A stretch of 51,636 nucleotides of DNA from Deltaproteobacteria bacterium (GCA_038150265.1 JAYOTF010000023.1:1-51636), one strand, 5' to 3'; shown: positions 18,731 through 29,234, counted from the stretch's first letter. Notes: generated by a model from the sequence alone, not told the origin. Translations and numbers: made by a program.

Positions 18731-20020
18731 ATGAAGCAGCCTTCTCTGAATGTGGTCATTGCTGGACTGGGCACTGTTGGAAGTGGCGTTGCCACCGTGA
18801 TCACGGACCATGCGGCCAAGGGCGCGCCGGTGCGTGTGGTGGGCGTCTTGGAAAAGAACCCCAACAGCCCCACTGCTGCCCCGTGGCGGGAAAGCCACCC
18901 GGAGTGGTTTCAGCGGAAGCGGGAAGACGTGCTGGCTGATCCGGAGGTGCATGCGATTGTGGAAACCGTGGGAGGGCAGACGTTTGCGAAGGACCTCATT
19001 CTGGAGGCACTGCGAGCAGGAAAGCACGTGGTGACGGCGAACAAGGACCTCATTGCCACCCATGGTCCGGAACTGCTGGAGACCGCCCGGACGCAAGAAC
19101 GCTACCTGCTGTTTGAAGCCGCGGTCGCAGGGGCGATTCCGGTCCTGAGGCTGCTTCAGGACTACGTTCAGGTGAGCGACGTGGAGCGGGTGCAGGGCAT
19201 CTTGAACGGGACCAGCAATTACATTCTCAGCAAGATGGAAACCGACAAGCTCTCCTTTGCGGAGGCGCTTCAGGAAGCACAGGACCTCGGATTTGCCGAA
19301 CAGGATCCGACCAACGATATCGCCGGGTACGATGCCCGCTACAAGTTGGTCATCCTCACCTACCTGGTCACCGGACACTGGCTTTCGCCAGAGCAGATTC
19401 CCCTTGAAGGCATCGACCACCTGGACCTGGCTGATTTTGAATACGCCGAGCGCGTGGGCCGACGGATCAAGCTCATTGCCTCCATGGAGCGTGGCCCCCA
19501 CGGCATCTCCGCGCATGTGCTGCCGATGATGCTTCCTGTGGAAGCCCCCATGGCCAACATCCACGGCTCCACCAATGTGGTGTCGTTGCAGGGGGCGTTT
19601 TCCGATGAAATCACCCTGGTGGGCAAGGGGGCCGGAAGCCTCCCGACGGCTTCTGCGATTGTTGCCGACCTCAACAAGCTCAGCCGCCCCTTTGCCTCCA
19701 ACCTTCCGGAGCCAATGGCGGACTTTTCGCTCCAGCCCTTTGCTGAGCAATCCTTCCGGCACACCCTGCGTTTTGAGGTGTGGGACTCCCCCGGAATCTT
19801 CGGACGCATTGGGCAGGTGCTTGCCGACGAGGGCATCAACATTTATGCTTTAGAGCAGCTTCCCCAGTATCACCGCATTGATCGGGAGGAGCGCCAAGTG
19901 GTGATCTTCACCATGTCGCTCGAAACCTGCCGGGAAGGCATCCTGCAACAGTCGGTGAAGCGCCTCAATGAGGAATCCTTCATGGCAAACCCGGTGGTGA
20001 TCCTGCGCGAACCTGCCTGA
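18731..20020 (+). CDS. hom: Homoserine dehydrogenase with C-terminal ACT domain
   Basis: GLGTVGSG, VVTANK, FEAAVAGAIP, GILNGTSNYIL and GAGSLPTASA motifs. Confidence 0.95.
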   Translation: MKQPSLNVVIAGLGTVGSGVATVITDHAAKGAPVRVVGVLEKNPNSPTAAPWRESHPEWFQRKREDVLADPEVHAIVETVGGQTFAKDLILEALRAGKHVVTANKDLIATHGPELLETARTQERYLLFEAAVAGAIPVLRLLQDYVQVSDVERVQGILNGTSNYILSKMETDKLSFAEALQEAQDLGFAEQDPTNDIAGYDARYKLVILTYLVTGHWLSPEQIPLEGIDHLDLADFEYAERVGRRIKLIASMERGPHGISAHVLPMMLPVEAPMANIHGSTNVVSLQGAFSDEITLVGKGAGSLPTASAIVADLNKLSRPFASNLPEPMADFSLQPFAEQSFRHTLRFEVWDSPGIFGRIGQVLADEGINIYALEQLPQYHRIDREERQVVIFTMSLETCREGILQQSVKRLNEESFMANPVVILREPA

Positions 20021-20057
20021 CTGTTGACCACCTCCGGGACCGCATGAAAGTGGCGCG

Positions 20058-20900
20058 ATGGCCGAGTTCCTGAAAAAATACCGCTTCCCCCTGGTGATTG
20101 GGGTGACCCTGCTGGTTTTGCTCCTGGCCATCCTGCAAAACCGGAATCAGCGCATCGAGTCGCGCTTCCAGTCGCTGGTGATGACCATCGCCTATCCTGC
20201 AGAAGTCGCCTTCCATTTTGTCACGCAATCGATTGGGGGGTGGCTCGACTCCTACATTCTGCTGGTGGGGCTTCAGGAGGAGAACCTGCAGCTTCGGGAG
20301 CAGGTGAAGGACCTGACGGAGGAACTGAACCGGACCCGTGAGGAAGCGATCCAGTTCCGGCGCCTCCGGAACCAGCTCCAGTTTGCTCAGCAGAATCCGG
20401 GAGAGAAGCTGTTTGCTGAAGTCATCAGCGAAACTTCCGACGGCCTCCACCAGATCCGCCTCATCAACCGGGGGACCCGCCAAGGCGTTCAGCGCAACTT
20501 TGCCGTCATTCTTCAAGAAGGTCTGGTCGGACGCATTCAGGCCGTCTCGCCCCTGCAGTCTCAGGTTCAGCTCCTGATTGACCAGCGGAGTCGGGTTCCT
20601 GCGCTGATTCAGCGGACGCGCTCCCGGGGGCTGGTTTTTGGCACCAACGGAGGCCTGGAGCTGCGTCAGGTGAACCGACGGGCAGACATTGAGGTGGGCG
20701 ACCTGATCGTCAGCAGTGGGCTGGGGCGCCTGTTTCCCAAAGGCACCCTCATTGGCAAGGTCACGGAGATCCGCAAGGAGCCCCACGAACTGTTTCAGTC
20801 TGCGGTTCTGGAGCCGGCAGTCGATTTCGGAAGGCTGGAAGAGGTGTTTGTTTTGCTGCGTCAGAGCAGTCCCACCATCCAGCCCCTCTTTTCTGAATGA
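20058..20900 (+). CDS. mreC: Rod shape-determining protein MreC
   Basis: N-terminal TM helix, coiled coil, GLVGRI, SSGLGRLFPKG and PAVDF motifs. Confidence 0.92.
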   Translation: MAEFLKKYRFPLVIGVTLLVLLLAILQNRNQRIESRFQSLVMTIAYPAEVAFHFVTQSIGGWLDSYILLVGLQEENLQLREQVKDLTEELNRTREEAIQFRRLRNQLQFAQQNPGEKLFAEVISETSDGLHQIRLINRGTRQGVQRNFAVILQEGLVGRIQAVSPLQSQVQLLIDQRSRVPALIQRTRSRGLVFGTNGGLELRQVNRRADIEVGDLIVSSGLGRLFPKGTLIGKVTEIRKEPHELFQSAVLEPAVDFGRLEEVFVLLRQSSPTIQPLFSE

Positions 20901-21400
20901 TCCGGACCTTCCTCATGTTGACCCTCAGTGGAGTCCTGGCCCTCTGGCTGCAGGTGGGGTTGGCGCCGGTGCTGAGCAACCTCGGGGTGCACCTGAGCTG
21001 GCTGCTGCTGGTGTCGCTGTTCTGGGTGCTTTATGATGGCAAGCGGGGGATTTCCTACTTTGCCCTGGTCATGGGGCTGTGTGCCGATTCGCTCTCTCAC
21101 GGAGTCCTGGGCGTGTACGGGTTCAGCTTCTTTGTGACGGCGTTGCTGGGACGGTACATGAACCGCTGGTTTTACACGAATCAGTCCATCTTTGTGGCCA
21201 TCGCGATCATCCTCCTCTCGACCCTGGAGCACACGATTTCCCTCAGCCTGTTTGTCTGGCTGGATCCGACGCTGGAAATCAGTGGGCTGCTGATGACCTA
21301 CTTTTTACCCTCGATTCTGGCGCAAGGCCTTCTGGGAGCCCTTCTGGCGCCGATCATGGACTGGTTTGAGAAACGGGAACCTCTGCAAGCATCCCCATGA
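20897..21400 (+). CDS. mreD: Rod shape-determining protein MreD
   Basis: Small hydrophobic protein with GLCADSLS motif, lying between mreC and mrdA with ATGA overlaps. Confidence 0.85.
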   Translation: MIRTFLMLTLSGVLALWLQVGLAPVLSNLGVHLSWLLLVSLFWVLYDGKRGISYFALVMGLCADSLSHGVLGVYGFSFFVTALLGRYMNRWFYTNQSIFVAIAIILLSTLEHTISLSLFVWLDPTLEISGLLMTYFLPSILAQGLLGALLAPIMDWFEKREPLQASP

Positions 21401-23340
21401 AGTTCAAGACCATTGACCCTCAGGAACTGAATCAGTTTCGACTGCGCATCTACATCATCAGCGCCGTCATTGTCCTCATCTTCTCGCTGCTGGCAACACG
21501 CCTGTGGTACCTGCAGGTCATCAGCGGCGACCTCTATGCCGATTATGCCAAGGGCAACCGCATCCGCCTGATTCCGGAGCCGGGGCTCCGTGGAGTGATC
21601 TTTGACCGTAACGGAGAGGTGCTGGCGGAAAATCGTCCTGCCTACAAGCTCCAGCTCATCCGCGAAGACACCCCCGACCTGGAGCAAACCCTGAAGCGCA
21701 TTGAGCGCATCCTGGGCTTCCCCTACAAGGAGCTGAAAGAGAAGGTGGACAAGAGCCGAGGCCTGGCTCGGTTTCGTCCGATTGTCCTGGAGGAGGACCT
21801 GGACTACCGCAAGGCCATGCTGGTGGAAACCTACCGCGATGATTTTCCAGGCATTTCGGTGGTTGTCCAGCCCCGGCGCTTCTACCCAAACCGCAACACC
21901 GCCTCCCACATCCTGGGGTACGTGGGGTTGACTGATGAGGAAGCGTCCAGCCTCGACTCCGATCGCCGCATGTCGAGCATGACGGTTGGCAAAGCCGGAG
22001 TCGAGCTGATCAGCAACCAGAACATGATCGGCCGAGACGGAGGACGCCAGATTGAAGTCGATCACCTGGGACGGGAAATGCGGGTGCTGGGGCAGGAGGT
22101 CCCCTCACGTCCGGGGACGGATGTCCACCTGACCCTTGACATCCGGATTCAGAAGGCGGTGGACCAGGCCATGGTCGGCGAGAATGGAGCGGTCATCGTC
22201 ATGGATCCACGCAACGGCGACATCCTGGCCATGGCAAGCTATCCGGATTTTGATCCCAACGCCTTTGCCGGAGGCATCGACATCCGGAGCTGGCAAGCGC
22301 TGCTGGAGAATCCGGAGCATCCCCTCGAAAACAAGGCCATCCAGGGCGTTTACCCACCGGGGTCGATCTTCAAGCTGGTGACCGCCTACACGGGCCTCAG
22401 CCACGGAGAGATCACCCTGGCCACCCGGCACTTCTGCGATGGCACTTACTTTGTCAAGGGGCGGACGACGCCCTTCCGGTGCTGGAAGAAGGGCGGGCAT
22501 GGCTCGGTCAATGTTGTGGAAGCCATTCAGCACTCCTGCAACGTCTTCTTCTACAACGTCGGGGTCGGGGTAGGCGTGGACGCCATTCATGAGACGGCTC
22601 AGCTCTTTGGATTGGGATCGGTGACGGGGCTGGGGTTGAGCGCCGAGAAGGCAGGGTTGGTTCCGAGCAGCGACTGGAAGGAACGTCAGTTTGGCGAGCG
22701 TTGGTACACCGGCGAAACGCCATCCTTTGCCATTGGACAGGGCTACCTGACCCTGACGCCGTTGCAGGTGCTGAACATGGTCAACATTGTGGCAAACAAT
22801 GGCACCTGGCACCGCCCTCGGCTGCTTCAGGAACAGGCCACGGAATCGCGGGATCTGGGCCTCAACAAGGAGTACCTGGGGCTTCTGCGTGAAGGCATGA
22901 TCGCCGTGGTGAATGCACCGGGTGGCACTGCCGGCAAGGTCCGTTTTGACGACGTGACCGTGGCTGGAAAAACCGCGACCTCGCAGGTGATCAGCCGGGA
23001 AACGCTGGAGAGCCTGGGAGAAGAGGAGCAGGATGCCAAGAACTTCCAGAACCACGCCTGGTTTGTTGCCTTTGCTCCTGCGGAAAAACCGGAAATTTCG
23101 GTGATTGTGCTGGTGGAGCACGGCGGTGGCGGCTCCCGGACGGCCGCCCCTGTGGCTCGGCGGATTCTGGAAAATTACTTCAACACGATCTACCTGCCCC
23201 GACAGCATGCTCAGCAGGTGACCCCCGAGACCCCGAGTTACGCCTGGATGGACCTGTCGGATGATTTCCAGATTCCTCAGCCTGAAGACGATGCCCCCTA
23301 TAGCCTGCGCCTGCAGTCGGCCTTTTTGACGGAGCGTTGA
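21397..23340 (+). CDS. mrdA: Penicillin-binding protein 2
   Basis: RGVIFDRNG, PGSIFK (SxxK), SCN (SxN) and KTA (KTG variant) motifs. Confidence 0.93.
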   Translation: MKFKTIDPQELNQFRLRIYIISAVIVLIFSLLATRLWYLQVISGDLYADYAKGNRIRLIPEPGLRGVIFDRNGEVLAENRPAYKLQLIREDTPDLEQTLKRIERILGFPYKELKEKVDKSRGLARFRPIVLEEDLDYRKAMLVETYRDDFPGISVVVQPRRFYPNRNTASHILGYVGLTDEEASSLDSDRRMSSMTVGKAGVELISNQNMIGRDGGRQIEVDHLGREMRVLGQEVPSRPGTDVHLTLDIRIQKAVDQAMVGENGAVIVMDPRNGDILAMASYPDFDPNAFAGGIDIRSWQALLENPEHPLENKAIQGVYPPGSIFKLVTAYTGLSHGEITLATRHFCDGTYFVKGRTTPFRCWKKGGHGSVNVVEAIQHSCNVFFYNVGVGVGVDAIHETAQLFGLGSVTGLGLSAEKAGLVPSSDWKERQFGERWYTGETPSFAIGQGYLTLTPLQVLNMVNIVANNGTWHRPRLLQEQATESRDLGLNKEYLGLLREGMIAVVNAPGGTAGKVRFDDVTVAGKTATSQVISRETLESLGEEEQDAKNFQNHAWFVAFAPAEKPEISVIVLVEHGGGGSRTAAPVARRILENYFNTIYLPRQHAQQVTPETPSYAWMDLSDDFQIPQPEDDAPYSLRLQSAFLTER

Positions 23341-23364
23341 GGTGAGTCACCGTGAAGGGCATCC

Positions 23365-23955
23365 ATGAAGCCCAGCGACTTTGCTCCTCCTCCGAAGGTC
23401 GGCAGCACCCTCCAGAAGGCTCGGCATGCCAAGCAGCTGACGCTTGACGAGCTGTCTGCACGCTCCGGAGTCTCCAAGGCCATTCTGTCTCAGATTGAGC
23501 GCGACAAGACCAACCCCACCCTGTCGACGATCTGGCGCATCACTCAGGCGCTGGAGATGCCCTTGGAAGACCTGTTGGCGTCAAGCGCTGAGTTGGCGCA
23601 GTTTGAGAAGCTTCCGGTTCATGCCACCCCGGAGGTCAGCAATCCGGAAGGCTCCTTCCGGCTCCGGATCCTGGGAACCCTGGGCAGTGTGGCAACGTTT
23701 CAGTGGTATGCGTTTGAGGCGGAGGTGGGCGCCGTTTTGGAATCCGATTCCCACGGCTCCGGAAGCCTTGAGAGCCTGACCCTGACGCAGGGCGCAATTG
23801 AGGTTTCGGTGTCTGATGAAACAGAGAGGGTTTCTGCCGGAGAGACCCTGCGGTATCAGACCAATGCCACGCATCGGCTCCGGAGCCTGGGCCCAGAGCC
23901 CGCCCAGGGCTTCATGGTCAACCTGCTCCGAGGCATGATCCCGCCCCAGTGGTAG
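23365..23955 (+). CDS. XRE-family HTH transcriptional regulator with cupin domain
   Basis: LTLDELSARSGVSKAILSQIERDKTNPT HTH followed by a cupin C-terminus. Confidence 0.9.
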   Translation: MKPSDFAPPPKVGSTLQKARHAKQLTLDELSARSGVSKAILSQIERDKTNPTLSTIWRITQALEMPLEDLLASSAELAQFEKLPVHATPEVSNPEGSFRLRILGTLGSVATFQWYAFEAEVGAVLESDSHGSGSLESLTLTQGAIEVSVSDETERVSAGETLRYQTNATHRLRSLGPEPAQGFMVNLLRGMIPPQW

Positions 23956-24366
23956 CTAGCGGATGTCCTCGTGGTTGATCGTTTCGCCATACGGCGTTGA
24001 CCGCACTGCCGTCCGCGCCTGAAACCGGGACTTGACCCACTCGCGGATCGGGTAACGGGTGAGTGGAAAGAGCAACGTCAGCCCTGCCAGATCCGTCAGA
24101 AATCCGGGAGTGATCAGCACCACGCCTGCGACCAGAATCAGCACCCCTTCAATCAACTCATCGGTCGGTACCTCTCCCACCTGAAGCGCCTCCCGGATCT
24201 TGTTCAGGGTGTTCAGCCCCTCCAACTTGGCGAGCCACGCCCCGAGCATGCCTGTCCCCAGAACAATGAAAATGGTGGCCAGCACTCCGATTCGAGCGCC
24301 CACCTGAACCAGCAGGTACAGCTCCAGCGTGGGGATGACGGTGAAGGCAAGAAAGAGTTTCAGCAT
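23956..24366 (-). CDS. fxsA: FxsA family membrane protein
   Basis: IPTLELYLL and LITPGFLTD motifs. Confidence 0.9.
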   Translation of the reverse strand: MLKLFLAFTVIPTLELYLLVQVGARIGVLATIFIVLGTGMLGAWLAKLEGLNTLNKIREALQVGEVPTDELIEGVLILVAGVVLITPGFLTDLAGLTLLFPLTRYPIREWVKSRFQARTAVRSTPYGETINHEDIR

Positions 24367-25058
24367 CAGGTTGCCTCCGGAGACGGATTCAGGTGAAGGA
24401 AGACCTCATCAAGCGTGGAGAGCTCAAAGTCGGGACCATCCGGAAGGCGCTCGGGGCGTTGGGCAAAGCGGTTGACCCACGCCACCCGGAACCCGAAGGT
24501 TGCCGCTCCCGCAACATCCCAGGAGTTGGACGAAAAGAAGAGGATTTCCTCAGGCTTGCAGGAAAAGCGCTCGGTTGCGAGGGCATACACGCGAGGGTCC
24601 GGCTTGTACACGCCAACGGCTTCCACCGAGAGAACCGCATCCAGCCGCTCAGTCAGGCGGGCACTCTGCACACCCGCCTCCAGCATGGCGGGGGCGCCGT
24701 TGGAAAGAATGGCTGTGTGAAGCCCCTGGTCCCGCAGCTTCTGGAGGGTCGCAGGCACTTCCGGATAGCACTGGAGGTGGGTGTAGGCCTCAAGCAGCTG
24801 ATTCCGCAGCACCGGCTGGTTCACCCCGTGGGTGTCGAGCGCAAAATCGAGCGCATCGCCTGTGATTTGCCAAAAATCCACATGACGCTGCATGAGGCTC
24901 CGGAGCCAGGTGTACTCCAACTGCTTGGTGCGCCAAAGTTGTGACACCAGAGGCGCCGCTGCACCAAGCTGATCCTGGTAGGCGCCCACGGCTGAGTGGA
25001 CGTCAAAGAGGGTTCCGTAAGCGTCAAAGACGGCGGCACGAAGAGGCGGTAGGGGCAT
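24366..25058 (-). CDS. Haloacid dehalogenase type II
   Basis: FDAYGTLFD, WRTKQLEY, LSNG, YKPDP and SSNSWD motifs. Confidence 0.92.
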   Translation of the reverse strand: MPLPPLRAAVFDAYGTLFDVHSAVGAYQDQLGAAAPLVSQLWRTKQLEYTWLRSLMQRHVDFWQITGDALDFALDTHGVNQPVLRNQLLEAYTHLQCYPEVPATLQKLRDQGLHTAILSNGAPAMLEAGVQSARLTERLDAVLSVEAVGVYKPDPRVYALATERFSCKPEEILFFSSNSWDVAGAATFGFRVAWVNRFAQRPERLPDGPDFELSTLDEVFLHLNPSPEAT

Positions 25059-25138
25059 CTGGGACTCCTGGGTAAATGGGGCCAAGCAGGGTTTCCTTCA
25101 AGCTTGGCGAAATTTTCCCAAAAGGCCAGACTTCCCGG

Positions 25139-27307
25139 CTAGGCCGGGTCGCGCTCTCGGTTGGCGTACCAGTCCAGCAGGCGGGTGTGCACGCAGGAAG
25201 CCTCTCCCGACTCCGGAACCCGCTGGTGAGTGCCATCGGTCTGCAGCAGAAAGGTCCGCTTGGAGTCCGTGATGCAGGCCTCTAGCACCACGGTGCGAAG
25301 TTGCTCCTTGAGTCCGGTATCAAGGATGGGGGCCAGCACCTCGACGCGGCGGTCAAGGTTGCGTTCCATCAAGTCGGCACTGCCGATGTAGATTTCCGGG
25401 GAGCCTCCGTTTTCAAAGAAATAAATCCGAGAGTGCTCCAGGAAGCGCCCCACGATGGACCGGACCTGGATGGAGTCGCTCACACCAGGAACTCCGGGAC
25501 GGAGGCAGCAGACGCCGCGGACGATCAGGTCCTGAGGCACCCCGGCCTGAGACGCGCTGTAGAGGGTCCGGATCATCCGGGGGTCGGCAATGGAGTTGAC
25601 CTTGAAGATGAGGCGAGCCGGACGTCCGGCGGCGGCGTGCTCCGCTTCGCGCTGGATGAGTTCCTCCAACCGGGAACGCAGGGTGACAGGCGCAACCAGC
25701 AAGCGGTTGAAGCTCCGCTTGTTGGAGTAACCCGTCAGGAAGTTGAAGACATGGGAAACGTCTTGTCCAATTTCCTCATTGGCGGTGAAGAGTCCCATGT
25801 CGGTGTAGATCTTGGCGGTGGAAGGGTTGTAGTTTCCGGTGCCAATGTGCATGTACCGCCGGACGCCATCGGCTTCTTGCCGGACCACGAGGCACAGCTT
25901 GCAGTGGGTCTTCAGGTTGAGCACGCCGTACACCACATGCACCCCCACAGCTTCCAGGCGCCGGGCCCAGGCGATGTTGTTGCGCTCATCAAAGCGGGCC
26001 TTCAGCTCCACCAAAACCGCCACCTGCTTCCCAGCCTCGGCGGCTTCAATCAGACGCTCCACAATCGGCGAATTGCTGCCCACTCGGTACAGCGTCATCT
26101 TGATGGCCACCACGTTCGGGTCCTGTACGGCTGCCAGCAGAAAGGCTTCCACCGGGACAAACGACTCATACGGCTGGTGGGTCAGCAGGTCCTGGTAGCG
26201 GATGCGTTCAAAAATGGTGTCCTGGCTCTGGGAGTCAAACAGCACTGGTGCCGCAAAGGGCGCATCCTTGAGCGCTGGTAACGGGAGCTTCATCAGCTCC
26301 ATCCAGTCACTGAAGTTGATGCGACTGTTGGTCCGGATGATGATGGAGTCACTGACCTCAAAATTCTCGGCCAGCACATCCAGAATGCGCTGGGGGATCT
26401 TTTCCTCCACATGGAGCCGTGAGACGTTTCCATAGCGGATCTCCTTGAGCCCCTGGTCCACCGTCTCCAGCAGGTCATCGGCTTCATCTTCCTGAATCAC
26501 CAGGTCGGTGTCTCGGGTGACATGAAAGACAAAGGCTTCCTCAATCTGAGTTCCGGGAAACAGTTCCTGCAGGTTGGCCTCAATCACATCCTCCAAGAAG
26601 ACAAAAGCGTGTCCGGAGTGCCCGGAGAGGGCTTCCGGGACCTCAATGAAGCGGGGGAGGGTGTCGGGGATCTTCACCCGGGCGAACCGAGGCTGCCCTG
26701 CCAGGTTCACGACCACCGCAAAGTTGAAGCTGAGGTTGGAGATGTGTGGGAAGGGGTGCCCCGGGTCAAACGCGAGCGGTGTGAGAACAGGAAGGATGTC
26801 CTTGAGGAAAAGCTCCCGCAGGTGCGCTTCCAACTCGGAGCTGCAGTCACTGGGTTCCAGAAAGTAAACCTGCTGCTCGGCCAGTTCGGCATGGAGCATG
26901 TCCCAGCAGGAGGAGAACTCGAGCATCATCCGGTCCACTCGACTCTGAATCGCCCGGTACTGGGCCTTCGGGTCCAGGCCGTCTGGTGTGGGAACCGTGT
27001 TGTCTTCCTTGATCTTCCGGAGGATGGTGGCGACCCGGACCATGTGAAACTCGTCCAGGTTGGTCGCGGCAATGGCGAGAAACTTGACGCGTTCCAGCAG
27101 CGGGTGCTCCTTGTCATAGACCTGCTCCAGCACCCGTTGGTTGAACTCGAGCCAGCTCAGCTCGCGGTTGATGTACAACGCCGGAGCTTCCAGGTTGGCC
27201 GGGTCGACCTGAAGCCAGGGAGAGGCCTCAGGGGCCGCGGGCGCCGTCGCAGGTTCGGGCGCCGTGGAGGCCTTGCGGGTTCGGGAACGAGACGGAGAAG
27301 TGGCCAT
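25139..27307 (-). CDS. ppk1: Polyphosphate kinase 1
   Basis: INRELSWLEFN, ELKARFDE, KTHCK, TGNYN and SADLMERNLDRRVE motifs. Confidence 0.97.
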   Translation of the reverse strand: MATSPSRSRTRKASTAPEPATAPAAPEASPWLQVDPANLEAPALYINRELSWLEFNQRVLEQVYDKEHPLLERVKFLAIAATNLDEFHMVRVATILRKIKEDNTVPTPDGLDPKAQYRAIQSRVDRMMLEFSSCWDMLHAELAEQQVYFLEPSDCSSELEAHLRELFLKDILPVLTPLAFDPGHPFPHISNLSFNFAVVVNLAGQPRFARVKIPDTLPRFIEVPEALSGHSGHAFVFLEDVIEANLQELFPGTQIEEAFVFHVTRDTDLVIQEDEADDLLETVDQGLKEIRYGNVSRLHVEEKIPQRILDVLAENFEVSDSIIIRTNSRINFSDWMELMKLPLPALKDAPFAAPVLFDSQSQDTIFERIRYQDLLTHQPYESFVPVEAFLLAAVQDPNVVAIKMTLYRVGSNSPIVERLIEAAEAGKQVAVLVELKARFDERNNIAWARRLEAVGVHVVYGVLNLKTHCKLCLVVRQEADGVRRYMHIGTGNYNPSTAKIYTDMGLFTANEEIGQDVSHVFNFLTGYSNKRSFNRLLVAPVTLRSRLEELIQREAEHAAAGRPARLIFKVNSIADPRMIRTLYSASQAGVPQDLIVRGVCCLRPGVPGVSDSIQVRSIVGRFLEHSRIYFFENGGSPEIYIGSADLMERNLDRRVEVLAPILDTGLKEQLRTVVLEACITDSKRTFLLQTDGTHQRVPESGEASCVHTRLLDWYANRERDPA

Positions 27308-27448
27308 GGTTCTTTTGGGCTGAAGAGTGGGTGGGCAGGATGCAGGTGCAAGGTCCACAGATTTAGCGAAACGCCCCCAAGAATCAAGCGTCAGCGGGGA
27401 CTGAACACAATCCGAACACACCGCCGCTGAAAAAAAGTGAAAAAGCTC

Positions 27449-27475
27449 TCAAGTTTCTCCCTCACCTTCCGATAA
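27449..27475 (+). promoter_or_regulatory. Sigma-28 (FliA) promoter of the flagellin gene
   Basis: TCAA-N15-TCCGATAA versus consensus TAAA-N15-GCCGATAA, 61 nt upstream of the flagellin ATG. Confidence 0.8.
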
Positions 27476-27536
27476 GAGGGGAAAGACTTCGGCCGCACAT
27501 TGAGCGTGCGTCACTTCAACCATTGAGAGTTGGGCC

Positions 27537-29150
27537 ATGAAAATCCGCAACAATGTTGCCTCACTAAATGCACTTCGCAATACCGAGAGCTCCTTCAAGA
27601 AGGTTCAGGGGTCTCTGGAGAAGCTCAGTTCCGGGCAGAAGATCAATCGGGGTTCGGATGGACCGGCCTCGCTGATCGCTTCTGAAGGACTGAGAAGCCG
27701 TGTCGCCGGCCTCCAGCAGGCGCATGAGAACAACCAGGTCTCCATTGCCCTGGTGCAGACGGCTGAAGGCGCCCTCAATGAAGTGAGCGACATCCTCATT
27801 CAGCTCAAGCAGCTCGCGGTTCATGCCATCAACGAGGCCGTGAATGACCCCACCATGCTCGAGGCCGACCAGCAGGAAGCCGAGTACCTCCTGAGCACCG
27901 TGGAGCGCATTACGCAGAACACCAGCTTCTCCGGAAAGAAACTCCTGGACGGCAGCATGGGCGTCAGCGGGGTCACGGTTGGAGACAACCTCCGCTTCGT
28001 CTCTGCAGAAGAAACCTCCAATCCCTCCCCGGAAAAGGGCTTCCCCGTCGACATCACCCAGGTGGCCACCCGGGCCAACCTCAAGGGCGACGTGCCACTT
28101 GGCGTGGACAACATCGGCGACGGGGCCTTCATCCTGGTCAATGAGGGCGGCAAGAACGTCACGCTGGACACCCGAAGCGGTGAGGTCAAGAACAGCATCG
28201 ACGAGATCCTGAAGAACCACGCGGAAAACCCGGAGCGCTTTCCGGCAGATGCCTCCTCTCAGGGCATCCGGGACGTGATCATGTTCCACATGCAGAAGGC
28301 AATGGACGATGTCGGCATCCAGGTGGAAGTGTTCCAGGCTCCTGACGAGACCCTGATGCTGCGCCACAAGGAGTATGGCGACGACCCCAGCTTCAGCGTG
28401 ACCTGCAACATTCCGGACATCCTCTCTGCCATTCCGAATGAGGCAGAAGTCTCAACTCCCGGAACCGACGTCGCAGGCACCATTGCTGGAGCCGTGGCAC
28501 AGGGACAGGGACGGCTGCTGACCGGCATCAGCGGCTCCCCGGCACAGGGCGTGACCGTGGAGTACAACCGGGACATCGAACTCAAGGAAGTGCCGGTCAT
28601 GAACGAGCAGGGCGAGCAGATTGGCTCTGAGTTTGTGGAAGAAACCCATGAGGAAGTGGTGGGCAGCCCGTCCAATCCGAAACTGGAAGGCTACGTCCAC
28701 ATCTCCCAGCAGTCCAAGCAGTTCAACCTGGGACCCGATGCCAAGGCCTGGTCTTCGGTCTCCCTCCAGGAAGTCCGCGCCAACAAGCTGGGCACGGGTG
28801 TGGACAACAACAGCAACATCAAGAGCCTGGCAGACATTGACTTCATGGAAATCCAGAGTGCTCGGGACTCCCTGAAGGTCATTGACCAAGCCATTGATGA
28901 TGTGTCCGGATACCGGGCCAAGTTGGGAGCCTTTGAGCGCAACACCCTGGAGCGCAACCTGGCGAGCCTGCAGGTGGGGGCCGAAAACAACCTTGCCGGT
29001 GAGTCCACGATCCGAGACACCGATGTCGCGGAAGAGATGTCCCGGCTGACCAGCAACCAGATCATGCTTTCCGCCAGCCAGTCCATGTTGGCTCAGGCCA
29101 ACCAGCTGCCTCGGAACGTCCTCAAGCTCATCGAGGGCGGTGGCGGTTGA
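27537..29150 (+). CDS. fliC: Flagellin
   Basis: N-terminal LEKLSSGQKIN and QTAEGAL, C-terminal RAKLGAF, IRDTDVAEEM and MLAQANQ motifs. Confidence 0.93.
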   Translation: MKIRNNVASLNALRNTESSFKKVQGSLEKLSSGQKINRGSDGPASLIASEGLRSRVAGLQQAHENNQVSIALVQTAEGALNEVSDILIQLKQLAVHAINEAVNDPTMLEADQQEAEYLLSTVERITQNTSFSGKKLLDGSMGVSGVTVGDNLRFVSAEETSNPSPEKGFPVDITQVATRANLKGDVPLGVDNIGDGAFILVNEGGKNVTLDTRSGEVKNSIDEILKNHAENPERFPADASSQGIRDVIMFHMQKAMDDVGIQVEVFQAPDETLMLRHKEYGDDPSFSVTCNIPDILSAIPNEAEVSTPGTDVAGTIAGAVAQGQGRLLTGISGSPAQGVTVEYNRDIELKEVPVMNEQGEQIGSEFVEETHEEVVGSPSNPKLEGYVHISQQSKQFNLGPDAKAWSSVSLQEVRANKLGTGVDNNSNIKSLADIDFMEIQSARDSLKVIDQAIDDVSGYRAKLGAFERNTLERNLASLQVGAENNLAGESTIRDTDVAEEMSRLTSNQIMLSASQSMLAQANQLPRNVLKLIEGGGG

Positions 29151-29180
29151 TCACCCCCCTTGAGAGCTCTCCTCGATCAA

Positions 29181-29207
29181 GGTGGCAGCCCTTCCCAGGC
29201 TGTCACC
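29181..29207 (+). terminator. Stem-loop downstream of flagellin (terminator or mRNA-stabilising hairpin)
   Basis: GGTGGCAGCC-N7-GGCTGTCACC 10-bp stem. No clear poly-U. Confidence 0.5.
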
Positions 29208-29234
29208 AGACCTCCCTTCCTCCTCAGTCATCCC

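Noticed and set aside
15829..19762. Long antisense ORFs (461, 425 and 347 aa) opposite the NtrC regulator, OYE and hom; similar ones occur opposite pglB, recJ, mrdA, fliR, flhA and valS
   Set aside because: These are shadow ORFs expected from GC-rich codon bias, with no recognisable motifs, and the sense genes have clear family signatures.
29151..29234. Possible TPP riboswitch upstream of the ThDP enzyme
   Set aside because: No CTGAGA-N-ACCTG aptamer core is visible, only a single hairpin after flagellin.
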